Virus record (IMG/VR): IMGVR_UViG_3300020050_009209
Strand: one strand, 5' to 3'
Length of the DNA stretch: 64,000 nt
Source: a virus
Lineage: Duplodnaviria; Caudoviricetes
Under the pieces are notes generated by a model. The model was given only the letters and a program-made list of their open reading frames with translations. It was not told the origin of the DNA and made no database searches. The position numbers and the translations under genes are program-made. Every line of letters begins with the position of its first letter. Position 1 is the stretch's first letter. Positions 29,794 through 40,745 of the stretch are shown here, in pieces.

Positions 29794-31509
29794 TCACTTC
29801 ACATGCTTTGCGAGATAGCTAAGAGCTAGCTTCTTAATGTGCCCTGGGTCCACCTGAAGCCGTTCGAGCAGGTCTCCCTCCTCTGGTTTGAGGGCTCCGT
29901 CCAGTTGCTGGAGCTTCAAACCTAGGACCTCGGATACGATAGGGTCAGACCCTGTATTGGCAGTGAGGTAGTAAGCTACCACGGGATTACCTTGACCATC
30001 TCGATAGACTCTAGCCAGACACTGATCCATTACACCAGGAGACCAGTCCAACTCCGCAAATACGACGGTACTGCATTTGAATTGTAGCCCGTCCAACCCA
30101 GCCCCACTTCGTAGGGACATGAGAAGGATCTGACTATCCCCATCGCAGAATGCCTTCTTAGCTCTCTCTTTTTGACCTACCGTCTCAGACCCCGTGTAGA
30201 GTAGGGGATTGAACTCCTTTAGGCGATCTAGAAGGATGCTGTACACCTCTCGATGCCAAGCGAAAACAAGGATCTTCTCCCCACTCTCAGCTAACATCTT
30301 CACGAACTCCGCAACAAATGGAGCCTTTGCCACTCCTGTTGCTTGTCGGAGCTTGTTGGATAGCTCCTCAGAGGCGAGCATCTTGGCTCCCTTCTTGACC
30401 TCTTTCTCCCCAAGGATGATTCGAGCAAGCTCCATGCAAGCATCATTGACCTTGTTGAGTGCCTCAGGGTTTGCGTCTACCGTATGCTCAATCTTCTGTA
30501 GAGCTGGTAGCTCTCTCGCAATGTCCTTGCGTGTTCTCCGTAGCATCATCCCAGAGCCTCGAAGATACTCTCCAAACGCCTTTGGCGAGGCTAGCCTAGG
30601 CTTATCTCCATAGGTGTGAGAACACCACTCCCGAGTAAACTCCTCGAATGACCCGAGTTGGCCAGGGAACAGGATGTTCAGAACAGCGTAGAACTCACCT
30701 CCATAGTTGAAGATAGGAGTAGCGCTCAAACCGCTACGGTATTGAGCACTTTCCGCAAGCATTGCCGCTGCCTGGTACTTCGCTGGAGTCTTCGATCCAA
30801 ACCCAGACCTTAGCTCTTGAATCTCATCGAAAATGACAGACTTCAATCCCGACTCGGATAGCGTGTGAGCCCAACGGGCCAGCTTCGCGTAATTCAGGAT
30901 GGTAACGTCAGGAAACTGAGGGGCAATCTTGTACTTCTTCGCTACGGCCTTTGTCAGGTCGTAGGGGTTACCTACCTTAACCACATGAGTCTTCAACTGA
31001 GGTAGGAAGCGATTGACTTGCTCTTCCCACTGAGGCGGAAGACTGGTCATCGTAACTACCAACGCTGGAAGGGTCTTGGCGTCACTGAGGGTACAGAGCG
31101 CTGATACTGTCTTTCCCGTGCCAAGATCGTCAGCTAGGAGCAATGCTCCTGTAGACAGAATCAGGTCTCCAGCAATCTTCTGGTAGTCCCTGGGGGGTAG
31201 GGCCAAGTCAAAGCTACGAGTTGTTGACGGGTTCGCTAGGAACCTCTGAACGAGACTCTCTTTTTCCTTGTGTACGGAGGACCGACCCTGAAGACGCTCA
31301 AGATCTAGAGCGGACACCTCGTAGGGCTCATATCTAGAGATGAACCATTCCAAGTCTCTTGCGGTCTCGGGGGAGTCACTGAGGTGAAGGGCCTTACTAG
31401 GCCCTTGCTGGGCCTTCGAGAAGACCCGCTTTGCTCGCATCAAGATGTGGGGTGGGGCCTCTAGAATCCACTCTTTTTTCTTGACGCCATAGCTTAGCTT
31501 CACAACCAA
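29794..31509 (-). CDS. SNF2-family helicase
   Basis: LADDLGTGKT, DEIQE, SATP..N, LRR.R, G.GLDGLQ, Q...R..R.GQ. Confidence 0.9.
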   Translation of the reverse strand: MVVKLSYGVKKKEWILEAPPHILMRAKRVFSKAQQGPSKALHLSDSPETARDLEWFISRYEPYEVSALDLERLQGRSSVHKEKESLVQRFLANPSTTRSFDLALPPRDYQKIAGDLILSTGALLLADDLGTGKTVSALCTLSDAKTLPALVVTMTSLPPQWEEQVNRFLPQLKTHVVKVGNPYDLTKAVAKKYKIAPQFPDVTILNYAKLARWAHTLSESGLKSVIFDEIQELRSGFGSKTPAKYQAAAMLAESAQYRSGLSATPIFNYGGEFYAVLNILFPGQLGSFEEFTREWCSHTYGDKPRLASPKAFGEYLRGSGMMLRRTRKDIARELPALQKIEHTVDANPEALNKVNDACMELARIILGEKEVKKGAKMLASEELSNKLRQATGVAKAPFVAEFVKMLAESGEKILVFAWHREVYSILLDRLKEFNPLLYTGSETVGQKERAKKAFCDGDSQILLMSLRSGAGLDGLQFKCSTVVFAELDWSPGVMDQCLARVYRDGQGNPVVAYYLTANTGSDPIVSEVLGLKLQQLDGALKPEEGDLLERLQVDPGHIKKLALSYLAKHVK

Positions 31510-31850
31510 CCTCCCACATGAAGGACGCGTACAGGCTTTCCTTGTAACACGGAAACGAGCCCCTTGTGAGAGCTTTTTGTGGTTACAAGAAGTAGTCCCT
31601 CAACCCCTGGGGAGGCTAGATACCGATGAATCTGACGCAGCATAGGGGCTAACCCACCACCTACCTTGACCTCTAGTCCCAGAGCACCCACAAGGAAGTC
31701 TATCCGCGACTTCGCATCTAGCTTGACCTCCCTCTGGTAAGAGTATCCTAAGGTCTCCAGGGCAGCTTGGAGGGCGTCCTGTAGCACTACCTCACTATCG
31801 AACCGGTACTTGTAGCTACTCAAGCCTTCATGTAATTCGTCTAGAGTCAC
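31500..31850 (-). CDS. PD-(D/E)XK nuclease-like protein
   Basis: E...Q; REV.L...RIDFLV..LGLEVK; Q..RY; overlaps SNF2 gene. Confidence 0.7.
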   Translation of the reverse strand: MTLDELHEGLSSYKYRFDSEVVLQDALQAALETLGYSYQREVKLDAKSRIDFLVGALGLEVKVGGGLAPMLRQIHRYLASPGVEGLLLVTTKSSHKGLVSVLQGKPVRVLHVGGWL

Positions 31851-31867
31851 GAAGAGCAGGTAGCACG

Positions 31868-31923
31868 AAATGGTCTATCAGACCATCGAAAAGGTAAATG
31901 GTCTATCAGACCATCGAAAAGGT
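31868..31923. repeat. 28-bp tandem duplication; each unit palindromic
   Basis: AAATGGTCTATCAGACCATCGAAAAGGT x2. Confidence 0.9.
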
Positions 31924-33670
31924 AATGGGTAGGTACCGATCAACTTGATTGAGGTGCTCTCGAATACACCCTTCGGTAAGACTGATCTCAACAAACGGCA
32001 GTACTTCCCGGTCAAGCTGAAATTGAAATCGGAGGATTCTAGCCAAACCCTGACCTGAGCCGTGAAGCAACTCTCCATGCTTGTACACGTAGGTAGCTAA
32101 CGTACCACCTACAGCTAAGTAGGAAGCTGTAGAGGATAGGGCATTGGCTACAACGAGCCCATTACTACCACCTCCCACAAATGGGTGTGTGCAACCCTAG
32201 CGGACCTACGTACATGTGCGCTCTTGCACGTATAGCCCATGCGGAGTTCTTTCTCGAACTTCCCCCAAGGGGTTCATGATGAACAAGCCATCCCCCAAAC
32301 GGGTGATCTTTGGGGTAATAACGCAAGGTCCGGTCAGCTTTGACTTGACCTGAATTGCACCTTCGTTCGGGACGGGTACTACGGTATCCTCGCTCTGCTT
32401 CTCAAAGCAGATGCTAGGAGGAGGCGAAAAGTCTTCTTCAGTCACCTCGAAAGATACCGAGACCACCTGGTCGTGAAGCCGGTACAGCTTCTTTGGATCC
32501 ATCCAAAACTCTTCTCGACCGTCGTTGGGTGTGAGCTGAAAGTTCGGGCCAAACTCGGTTTCAATCAAGTTGAAGGTCCCGACCCCCAGGTCGACAATCT
32601 CCCCTACCTTGGGACGAGAGGGGAAGATCTTAAGGAATAGGTCTCCAATGTGCCCAGATTCGTAGTCACAGAGAACCGTTACGGTTACCTTAACCCTCTT
32701 ACCCTCAAGCTCCTTAAGTGCTTCAAGGTTGAAGTACGGGATAACCTTTACCGTTTGCTCGTAATTCGCTGGGTATACCCCAAACGATCCGTATCGACTG
32801 GAACGACGCTCATGTCCGTCCCAAGAAAAGATGCCAGTCACCCCAGGCTTGGAGTACGACCGTTGAAAGAAGGCTTCTAGCTTGGTTACATCACTCATTT
32901 TTTCTCTCCTCAAAGAACCTACGGACACCAACCGAGAAGTTTAACCACAGAAGCAACCTGATCCGTATCCGTACCTGACTGGAGTGTAACCACAGACCGT
33001 ACACCGTACCGGGGCAGGTAGCGGATTCATCGCAAGGATGACCGCAAGAGTGAACCAAATTGTCGGGGTCTCCCGATGGCACCACATGCCTGTACGCCAG
33101 TCCCTGGAGTAGCCCAGATTCATGACGTACGTTTGCTTCGCCGCAAAGGCCCAATCCGGAGAACTTTCAAAAGGTTCGACGAGTCGAGCATACTCCTCAA
33201 GACGCTCGCCTCGATTCCACTCCTCAGGCCAACGATGTAGTTTCATGGTCTATGGCACCTAGGTGCCCCTTTAACAGGTTTACAGGTTGACCCCTTAGGT
33301 TGGGTCGTCCAAGGCTAGAAACCGATTCAGCGGGCCCCTGGGTAAGGCCAAAGAACTATCTCCACCTCGTGGAGAAGGCTCAAGTAGGTCTTTAGGTCGC
33401 TCGTATGGGGGCCTAGCTCACTCTTCTTGTTCTCGATAAGCAGAGCTACCCCTTGTTTCAGCACGTCGATTTGCTTCAGGTTAAGGTCCGGGGTGAATCT
33501 CAGGCCATCTTGGATAAGGCCAAGGGTGGCTCTAGCGTTTCCCTGGACCTTATCCTTCCCTCGTAGCGACCGTAGAGTGCTCTGCACTTCCGGAATGTAG
33601 CTTGCAGGGCTCCTACCTCCAGAGATCATAGCAGCTAGCGTGTCAAGGTCTTCCAGTAAATCCTTGTACT

Positions 33671-34495
33671 TCATTTGGGCTTCGGTGTGGGTGGCGGTTG
33701 AGGCTTTTCCTCGGACCAACCCTCTAGGAGTTTGAGAGCCTTTTCAGACCCCTTCAGGTAATCCGAGCCAAGCTCGATGTAGTTGGCTTCTGGGATGCGA
33801 AGCGCGAACAAAGAGTGACTTGCCACAATGAATTGAGTCGTAGGTGCGAACGCTCGAAGCAAACGCCAAATGGCTGGCTGATAGTTCAGGTCTAGACTTC
33901 GCTCTGGCTCGTCAAGAAGAATCGTAGGTTGCCCTACTTTTCCGGACCCCTTCAAGAAGGTGTTGGCAATCTTGAGTCGATCCTCCCAGAGACTGTTCAC
34001 CTTACCTGATGTGACCTTGTACTCCACCTTAGGTGGGGTCGTTCGCCTGACAAGAGACTCTAGAACTTTGTCGAACCGCTTTAGGGTTGTCTGCCCAGCG
34101 GAGCCTCGAAACATGTAGTTCGAAACCCCCTCAACGCCAAAGTCCCAATCGAACGCCGCCCCACCCCCAACAACTCCAATCTGCATACTAGGGTCGAAGT
34201 ACCTAACCCCTTGCCCATCGTGGCTAACCTTGATGCTTTTCGTGAAGTCTTCCTCAGACCTAGAGAATAGGTCTTGAATGGAGTTCTGAGTTACGACAGG
34301 AACTCCAGCCTGGTGACAGTGAAAGAGGTTCGCTAGGAGCTGGATGATCGTAGACTTTCCAGCTCCATTCCGCCCCCAGATGACGTTCAAACCAGGCTTG
34401 AACTCAAACTTCCGTGGCGTGGAAAGAGCCTCCACGTTTCCAAGCCACTTGAGAAAGGTGTTCTTAGGGTCAAGAATTTCAAGAGACCGAATCAT
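33671..34495 (-). CDS. ABC/AAA_21-type ATPase
   Basis: GRNGAGKST, SAGQ, LLDEPE, ASHS. Confidence 0.85.
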   Translation of the reverse strand: MIRSLEILDPKNTFLKWLGNVEALSTPRKFEFKPGLNVIWGRNGAGKSTIIQLLANLFHCHQAGVPVVTQNSIQDLFSRSEEDFTKSIKVSHDGQGVRYFDPSMQIGVVGGGAAFDWDFGVEGVSNYMFRGSAGQTTLKRFDKVLESLVRRTTPPKVEYKVTSGKVNSLWEDRLKIANTFLKGSGKVGQPTILLDEPERSLDLNYQPAIWRLLRAFAPTTQFIVASHSLFALRIPEANYIELGSDYLKGSEKALKLLEGWSEEKPQPPPTPKPK

Positions 34496-34902
34496 TCGTC
34501 ATCCTCTACGATAAGGTGGATCGTCACCGTATGGTGACGGGTAACTCCAGATGGGTCTTGGGTTGTACCCGAGAGGTGCACAACGGTAGGGAAGATGAAG
34601 GTCTCTTTCCCATGGACAGTCTTAAGTCCCTTAGGAAACTCAAGGTTTTGAGCTTCATCAAGCTTAGCTACACTAAGCAGATAGGAAACCTTCAGCTCAT
34701 CCCCCCTATCCCCATAGAGACGGTAGGTCCTGGTGAAGGAAGGTTGGACGTTTGACAGGACTCGGAGGAGGTTGCGTTGGTAGATGCAGGGCAGACAGCA
34801 CCCTTGAGGGGTTCCGCAGTTGCAAGGAGGCTCCTCCTTGAAGAACTCCGTAACGAGGTGCATGATATCCGAATCCAGGTTCATGTAGCTGTAGTCCGTC
34901 AT
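34492..34902 (-). CDS. hypothetical protein
   Basis: Start 13 nt from the CGTAG of a class I motif. Confidence 0.65.
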   Translation of the reverse strand: MTDYSYMNLDSDIMHLVTEFFKEEPPCNCGTPQGCCLPCIYQRNLLRVLSNVQPSFTRTYRLYGDRGDELKVSYLLSVAKLDEAQNLEFPKGLKTVHGKETFIFPTVVHLSGTTQDPSGVTRHHTVTIHLIVEDDE

Positions 34903-34911
34903 ACTCACCCC

Positions 34912-34937
34912 TACGGTGGAAGCTCAGGAAGGCTTAA
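34912..34937 (-). repeat. 26-bp exact direct repeat of a class I promoter (second copy 35706-35731)
   Basis: TACGGTGGAAGCTCAGGAAGGCTTAA at both sites. Confidence 0.9.
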
Positions 34938-34953
34938 GCAAAAAGTACGAACC

Positions 34954-35400
34954 TCAAGGAAACAGAAGCGTTAACTCGGTGAAAGTCTCAATAAGCTCTT
35001 CCACTCCTACAAGGATCTCAGACTCCAAGTACATAAGCTCAGGCTCGCACGGAGTAGCGCTGTAAACAAATGTGTTCTTTCCTTGCCCCATGGCGTACCC
35101 TAGCTCCCAGGAGGCTGAGCGACCAGAGGGGAGAACAAGGATGCAAGTATCGCAAGCACGAAGGGCTGCTATGTCGTGTGAGTATCCAAGTTTAGCAATC
35201 GGATGCTTAAGGGCGTCTCGATACTGTGCAGGAGTCCAAGACTCCCAGGCGGGGTCAATTTCCGCCCATGAGAACCCATGAACTCCAGGAGCAGGACTAC
35301 GGAAGTCGTAAACTTCGTGCCCTAAGCCTCGAAGCAAAGTTACAACATGAGGTTGAACGGTGTTGCGCCACGAGCTGGCAACGTAGATGTTTCTTTTCAA
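34954..35400 (-). CDS. nucleoside deoxyribosyltransferase/RCL-like protein
   Basis: IYVASSWRN; D..AL..CD..ILVLPSGRSASWELGYAMG.GK. Confidence 0.75.
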   Translation of the reverse strand: MKRNIYVASSWRNTVQPHVVTLLRGLGHEVYDFRSPAPGVHGFSWAEIDPAWESWTPAQYRDALKHPIAKLGYSHDIAALRACDTCILVLPSGRSASWELGYAMGQGKNTFVYSATPCEPELMYLESEILVGVEELIETFTELTLLFP

Positions 35401-35414
35401 GGTGCCGCCTAACC

Positions 35415-35696
35415 CTACATGCAAAAGCCGACCATGAAGGCTTCCGAGCAAGGGTGGACCAAGTCGGCCTTCACCTCAAATTCAGAAGCCCAACCAGTCC
35501 GCCCCGCTTCAGCTTCAGCGCAAAAAGCGTTACAGATGATCTCCACGGCTTCGTCTCTACAGTCTACAGTGTTCACGGTTTGTCCTGCAACCGTACGCAA
35601 CTCTGCGATCTGAGGGTGATCTGACGGTACAAGGAAAAACCGAACGTTTTCAGGGAACTCTGCGTACACAACCAGGGTCTTATTTGGGGTAGTCAT
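35415..35696 (-). CDS. hypothetical protein
   Basis: Class I motif 13 nt upstream. Confidence 0.7.
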   Translation of the reverse strand: MTTPNKTLVVYAEFPENVRFFLVPSDHPQIAELRTVAGQTVNTVDCRDEAVEIICNAFCAEAEAGRTGWASEFEVKADLVHPCSEAFMVGFCM

Positions 35697-35787
35697 AGGT
35701 GTCCTTACGGTGGAAGCTCAGGAAGGCTTAACTTATCTACACCAAAAAGATGGTTAAATCTCGTCCCTGGTGTACGTAAGTAGGAGC

Positions 35788-36099
35788 ATGAGCAAAATAA
35801 CCGTGGTCGCGTGCAAGCCTGGAAAGAATCCTGAGGTGATCGAGATCGAGAACACCTTGGATGCTATGCAGCACATTGTGGGAGGCCTCATCCAGCTGGT
35901 AGCTGTGGGAGAGTTCGACCTTTTCGTCAATGAGGAGGGGCATCTTCTGGACCTCGCCTACAATAGGGATGTCATGGGGCTGCCCATCGTAGGCCCTCTT
36001 TTCATCTCTAAGGCGGATGACGAGGGTGAGACCATCGGACTTAACCCTGAGGAAGTCCAGGAAGCCCTGAGGCTTCTAACTCAAGAGACAGCAGGATGA
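35788..36099 (+). CDS. DUF3846-like protein
   Basis: L..MQ..VGG.I; NEEG.L.L..NR; IVG. Confidence 0.7.
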   Translation: MSKITVVACKPGKNPEVIEIENTLDAMQHIVGGLIQLVAVGEFDLFVNEEGHLLDLAYNRDVMGLPIVGPLFISKADDEGETIGLNPEEVQEALRLLTQETAG

Positions 36100-36599
36100 A
36101 ACCAGAACTCAAGACCCTTGTAGACAGCCTCTCAAAACTTGAACGAGAGGAGCTACTTAGCTACCTAGAAACCTCTAGTGAGGCCTATAGTGGCAACTTC
36201 CAGTGTTCTTTCCAACCTGTACTAGACATGGAGACACGGCACAATGGAGCGCTAGCTCTTCAAAAGGTAACAGTGTTCGACTACCACGAAGCTTACAGGT
36301 ACCTAGCAAATGGTAATGAGCGTACCTACCTAGACCTCAAGACCATTCGAACTCTTCAGGGTCTTGGCGTCCAAATCCTCAGGAAAGTGAAATGAAGTGG
36401 TGGAGCTGGAACTGGGACCACGTAAAGACACGGGAGTTGTCTGTTCCGTACCTCAGCATCACCCGTTGGCGTAGAGGGTGGGTTACCCTCTACCGCCTCG
36501 AAAGTGCGACCTCCGTTGAGTGGCGGCTTTACTTTCCGTTCAGCATAAGCATTGGATTTCAGCGTTAAAGAATACGCGAGACCTTACGTAGGAGATAGC

Positions 36600-37844
36600 A
36601 TGAGTGCGAACAGGCCAATTTCTGAAACACTAGTCGAAGACTCTTACTATCCACCGTGCAATCAAGACGTTTTCAAACGAGGCATTGGTCTCGTGGCTGT
36701 TGATGGGTGGGCTAAGGATGTGGAGCCTTGGGTACGGCGAGTCGCCGAACTTTCCGGTCAATTGGTGGATTGGCACTACTCAGGAGGAGTCGCCAATGTG
36801 CTAGTTCTTGGCGACCACGCGAAGGCAACCGCAGCTGCGAAGATCCTAATTCCTAGCCCTGGAATTCGAGTTATGCGTTGGTTTTCTGGCGGCGCCTCTC
36901 TTTTCCGGGCTGGAGACCCCGTACCGGAAGGTACTGTTGGTGTGGACGCCTCGGCTACCTTCCTATCCTCAGTGGGGAGTTGTGAACCTCCCAAGGGCCT
37001 GCACTCTTACCGGTTCAAGGACAACCCAGACGAAGCGAAGTTTGCTGAGATTTGGGGCAAACCAGGCTTTAGTGATCACTTGAAGTACCTCCTGTGTGAG
37101 GGAGATCAACACTACCCCAACCCTCCCAGTGATCGAGATGTTACCGTAGCTGCTACGGTCATCCAGTGGCTTGGCTCCCCTGTTGGTCAGCAGTTCCTAG
37201 AAGAGGTTGGATTCAAGGCTGCGGCAATGGCCAGCCTACATCGAGTCGTAGAGGCTGGGTGCCGAGGCGTCTTCCTCATCAACCAGGGGATGGATGCGCC
37301 AGCCGTTCTGTCTCTAGCAAGACAGGCTAAAAAAGAGTACCCTTGGATTTGGGTTGGACTCAACCTGCTAGGACACTCGCTAGAGTGGTCCTACGGGATA
37401 ATCAACGCTTCTCAGCTTGACGGAATGTGGGCAGACAACACGGAAGTTACCCAAGCTGGGATCAGTGGTCTTTTTGACCACATATCAAATCGACCTGGGT
37501 ACTCTACGCTCTTTGGTGGAGTGGCCTTCAAGTACCAAACTCCAGTGGCATTTGAGGATCTGCGTCGTACAGCCCAGCTGGCCTCTGTCTACGTTGACGT
37601 AGTCACCACCTCGGGTCCAGGCACGGGTCAAGCAGCAGATCTCAATAAGATCAAGGAGATGAAGCTTGGGGTTGGTAGCAAGGCCCTTGGTCTTGCCTCT
37701 GGAGTCACGCTAGAGAACGTCGAGTTGTACAAGCCCTACGTGAGCGCCTTTCTTGTGGGGACCGGCATTGAGCAGTCGCTTGGGGTCATTGACCTCGCGA
37801 AGGCTACAGAGCTACGTAGAGCCATTGAGGAGACCACCCCGTGA
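36600..37844 (+). CDS. fusion protein with C-terminal BtpA/SgcQ-like TIM barrel
   Basis: GVFLIN, W.G.N.L, FGGVAFKYQ, TSG.GTG, ASGVT.EN, VGTGI. Confidence 0.7.
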   Translation: MSANRPISETLVEDSYYPPCNQDVFKRGIGLVAVDGWAKDVEPWVRRVAELSGQLVDWHYSGGVANVLVLGDHAKATAAAKILIPSPGIRVMRWFSGGASLFRAGDPVPEGTVGVDASATFLSSVGSCEPPKGLHSYRFKDNPDEAKFAEIWGKPGFSDHLKYLLCEGDQHYPNPPSDRDVTVAATVIQWLGSPVGQQFLEEVGFKAAAMASLHRVVEAGCRGVFLINQGMDAPAVLSLARQAKKEYPWIWVGLNLLGHSLEWSYGIINASQLDGMWADNTEVTQAGISGLFDHISNRPGYSTLFGGVAFKYQTPVAFEDLRRTAQLASVYVDVVTTSGPGTGQAADLNKIKEMKLGVGSKALGLASGVTLENVELYKPYVSAFLVGTGIEQSLGVIDLAKATELRRAIEETTP

Positions 37845-38368
37845 GCTTTACACCTACATTCACGGACCTCAGCGATATTACAAGACAAAGCGCTAAGTGT
37901 AGGACCGTCGTGTCTATCAACTTGGCCTCGAACCCCAAGTTTGATCGCAACTTTACTCGATGGGTGGAGTTCGGACAGGCTAACTTCAGCGTGGAACGGT
38001 CTATCCTTGAAGCCTTCCTTGAGGAGGGGGTGTACGACTTTGAGCACGACTCTTGCTTGGCTTTGAGGCTGCCTCTTATAGGAGTAGAGCTTGCGAGTGT
38101 GGACTACCACTGGACTGAGCTGAGGGGGTGGGTGGACCCTAACAACTCGGATGACTTCCATGTCCCACGTCCTGGGTACAATCCTGCAAAACACCCAAAG
38201 GCCGTACGCTGCAAATGTGCAGAGTGTCAAGTCATCGACACCGAAGCTGGTCGTAAGTACCACACTCTCGTACCTGATGGGTTCTACATCCCCCCATTTG
38301 ATGCAGAGCTGTACGAGGCAGTTCGGGGGAAGCCGGTAAAAATCAACCTCGGTCCAAATATCAGTTAA
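37841..38368 (+). CDS. hypothetical protein
   Basis: Operonic; its TAA is part of the next promoter motif. Confidence 0.65.
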   Translation: MSFTPTFTDLSDITRQSAKCRTVVSINLASNPKFDRNFTRWVEFGQANFSVERSILEAFLEEGVYDFEHDSCLALRLPLIGVELASVDYHWTELRGWVDPNNSDDFHVPRPGYNPAKHPKAVRCKCAECQVIDTEAGRKYHTLVPDGFYIPPFDAELYEAVRGKPVKINLGPNIS

Positions 38369-38398
38369 CTCGCGTCCAGCTCTTACGTAGGTCGCTAC
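38364..38398 (+). promoter_or_regulatory. class I promoter motif
   Basis: GTTAA-N17-CGTAGG-N7-ATG(38399). Confidence 0.75.
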
Positions 38399-38577
38399 AT
38401 GAAGAAGCTCACCTGGGTTAGCACCTCAACCTACCTCCAAGTCTACTCCTCCCGCGCTCAGGCGGTTATCCACGCCCCTGAGGGAGCTTACCTCCTCAAC
38501 CACGACAAGACTTCCAACACTTGCGCGAGCATCCCCTTCGCCAAGATTGTCAACGGCAAGGCCGTGAAGGTTTACTC

Positions 38578-38841
38578 ATGAATAGCATCGCCGTTATACT
38601 TACGAGCTACAACATGGGCGACGTCACAGAGGCTGACTACGACGCGTGGATCGAGCACGTTGCCGATCGGATCGATGAGCGGACCGGGCTCGACGTTACG
38701 GTTGAGGCGTCTCCGTTCGGGCGAGGTCCTAGTGAGGACCTCATTAGTGGGTACGAGGACGAGGACGATCGTCAGAGCATCCAGGATACCCTCCACTCCC
38801 TCTGGGATGACTTCTGTGCGGACGGTTTCCCCAACTCCTGA
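38578..38841 (+). CDS. small acidic protein
   Basis: ATGA overlap with 38399..38581; D/E-rich. Confidence 0.65.
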   Translation: MNSIAVILTSYNMGDVTEADYDAWIEHVADRIDERTGLDVTVEASPFGRGPSEDLISGYEDEDDRQSIQDTLHSLWDDFCADGFPNS

Positions 38842-39932
38842 GAGTCCAAGGTAATGAGCCTGAACCTACACTTCAAACTGGACGGTAAGCTGGTCGGCTT
38901 CCCCTGGCAGACAACTACAGCAGAAACCATGTCTGTGTTCAAAGAGCGTGGGCATTTCTTTAACTCTCTCCAAGGTAAGGCTGCCCTGGCAGCGTACGAG
39001 GGAGTGGTCGCCCGTAAGATGGCCCCCGTTGCCCACCTCGTGGAGCAACTAGAGAAGCTTAAAGCCAAGACAGAGCTGACCTACAGCGAGCAAAGCAAGT
39101 TCTTCAATCTTACCAAGGAGTTGGAGGTCTCAGCTCCGGTCTTCCTAGAGACTCTTGAGAAGTACAGGAAAATGCTTGACTCTGCGAATGCTATCGAGCT
39201 GTTTTGGGCGTAGCTAGAGGTTCATATGATTCCTAGAGCATTCACCAACAGTGAGACCGGCATGGAGTCTTACGTAGTCTTTAACACGGGTAGGAGTGGG
39301 GGTTACAACGTAACCTTGAAGTGCCTTGATACTGGTGAGATGCTACCTACCGCCTACATTGGCATTCGAGACTACGATGCAGCTGTTCATAAGGCCAAAG
39401 AACTTGTCCAATACCACGATGACGAGTATTGGCGGCACCTCCTGACGATCAACAAGATCCCATGCCCACCGGCTACGATCACTATATCCAATGTTCGTTG
39501 GATCGCCCGTAATAGAGACTGCTGGTGGGTGTATAGTGGATCAGGCCAGTGGTTTTGGTTCGATACTCGGGCCAAAACGTGGGAACTTGCCCCTATGGGG
39601 CCAGATTGAGGCCCACGGAGGAATGGAATGCCTAAGATGAAGACGACGGCAGAGAAGCGTGTGAGGTGGCGTGCTGCGTGGGCCGAGGGATGGGATGGCA
39701 TGGCAGACGTGGAGGACGCACCGCTATGGCTGCTCGCGACCCTCGATGACATCGACACCCTTCTTGTCGAGCGCAAGAGCCTCCTAGCCGAGAACGAGCG
39801 GCTGAAGGCGGAAATTGAGGGTTGGCGCATTGGTGTGCAGGTAGCCCAAGACATACTCGATACCCGCGCTAGCGGGTATGATGACGAGTGATCCCCGTTA
39901 AACCCTCCTCCCCCACCTACGTAGGTCTCTCT

Positions 39933-40118
39933 ATGGACAAGCCCAAATGCAAACTTGGTACAGACGGGAACGTTTTCGCGATCATCGGAGCGGTCTCCCG
40001 AACCCTTCGAGCTGCAAAGCTCCCCGAGCAAGCGAAGGAGTTCACGGATAAGGCGCTGTCTTCGGCTTCATACGAAGCTGTCCTTAGGCTCTGCATGGAG
40101 TATGTGGAGGTCCTGTGA
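39933..40118 (+). CDS. small hypothetical protein
   Basis: Class I motif 13 nt upstream; GTDGNVFAIIG. Confidence 0.7.
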   Translation: MDKPKCKLGTDGNVFAIIGAVSRTLRAAKLPEQAKEFTDKALSSASYEAVLRLCMEYVEVL

Positions 40119-40745
40119 GCGATCAGGCAAGTGAATTTCGCTCTGCCCTTGACGACGTCAAGGATACTCTGGCTAGGCTTCTAGCCATCGAGAAGCTTGC
40201 CCTTCTAGTCGTAGCGGGTGAGGTAGGACATGGGCGTTACTGCCAGTACCGCCTCAATGACCCCGATGGGCTAGATGAGGATTGTAACTGCACTGTAGGG
40301 TACCATCAGCGGACCCTTAAGAGGGCTCTTTCCGCTAAGACTACTATCGAAGTGGTCAGGATTGCTCAGAGTCTCCACGAGCAGAACGTTCGATTCAAAC
40401 AAGGTAATGTTACGTAGTAACCTAGGAGTGGTAACATGAAAACTGGTGCTAAGTTTGTTGTTGAGAAGATCGATCCAGAGGGTTCCGGTGCGGATTACGG
40501 TGGGCACTTGGGTAGGATCGTGACGGATGCCAAACGTTGCTGTACTCGATGTACGGTAATCTTCGGTACTGTCGGGGACAACAAGGAATTCGGCCCTTTC
40601 GTTCCAGGCGAACTTAGGGCGCTGAATGATGAAGCTCGTGCTATCGAAGCTGAGATCCAAGTGAGCATGCGATCATGAAGCGAATTGGGCCTAAGATGGC
40701 AAGAGCCATTCGCTACGTCGAGCTGCATCCCGACTAGTTCCACCT

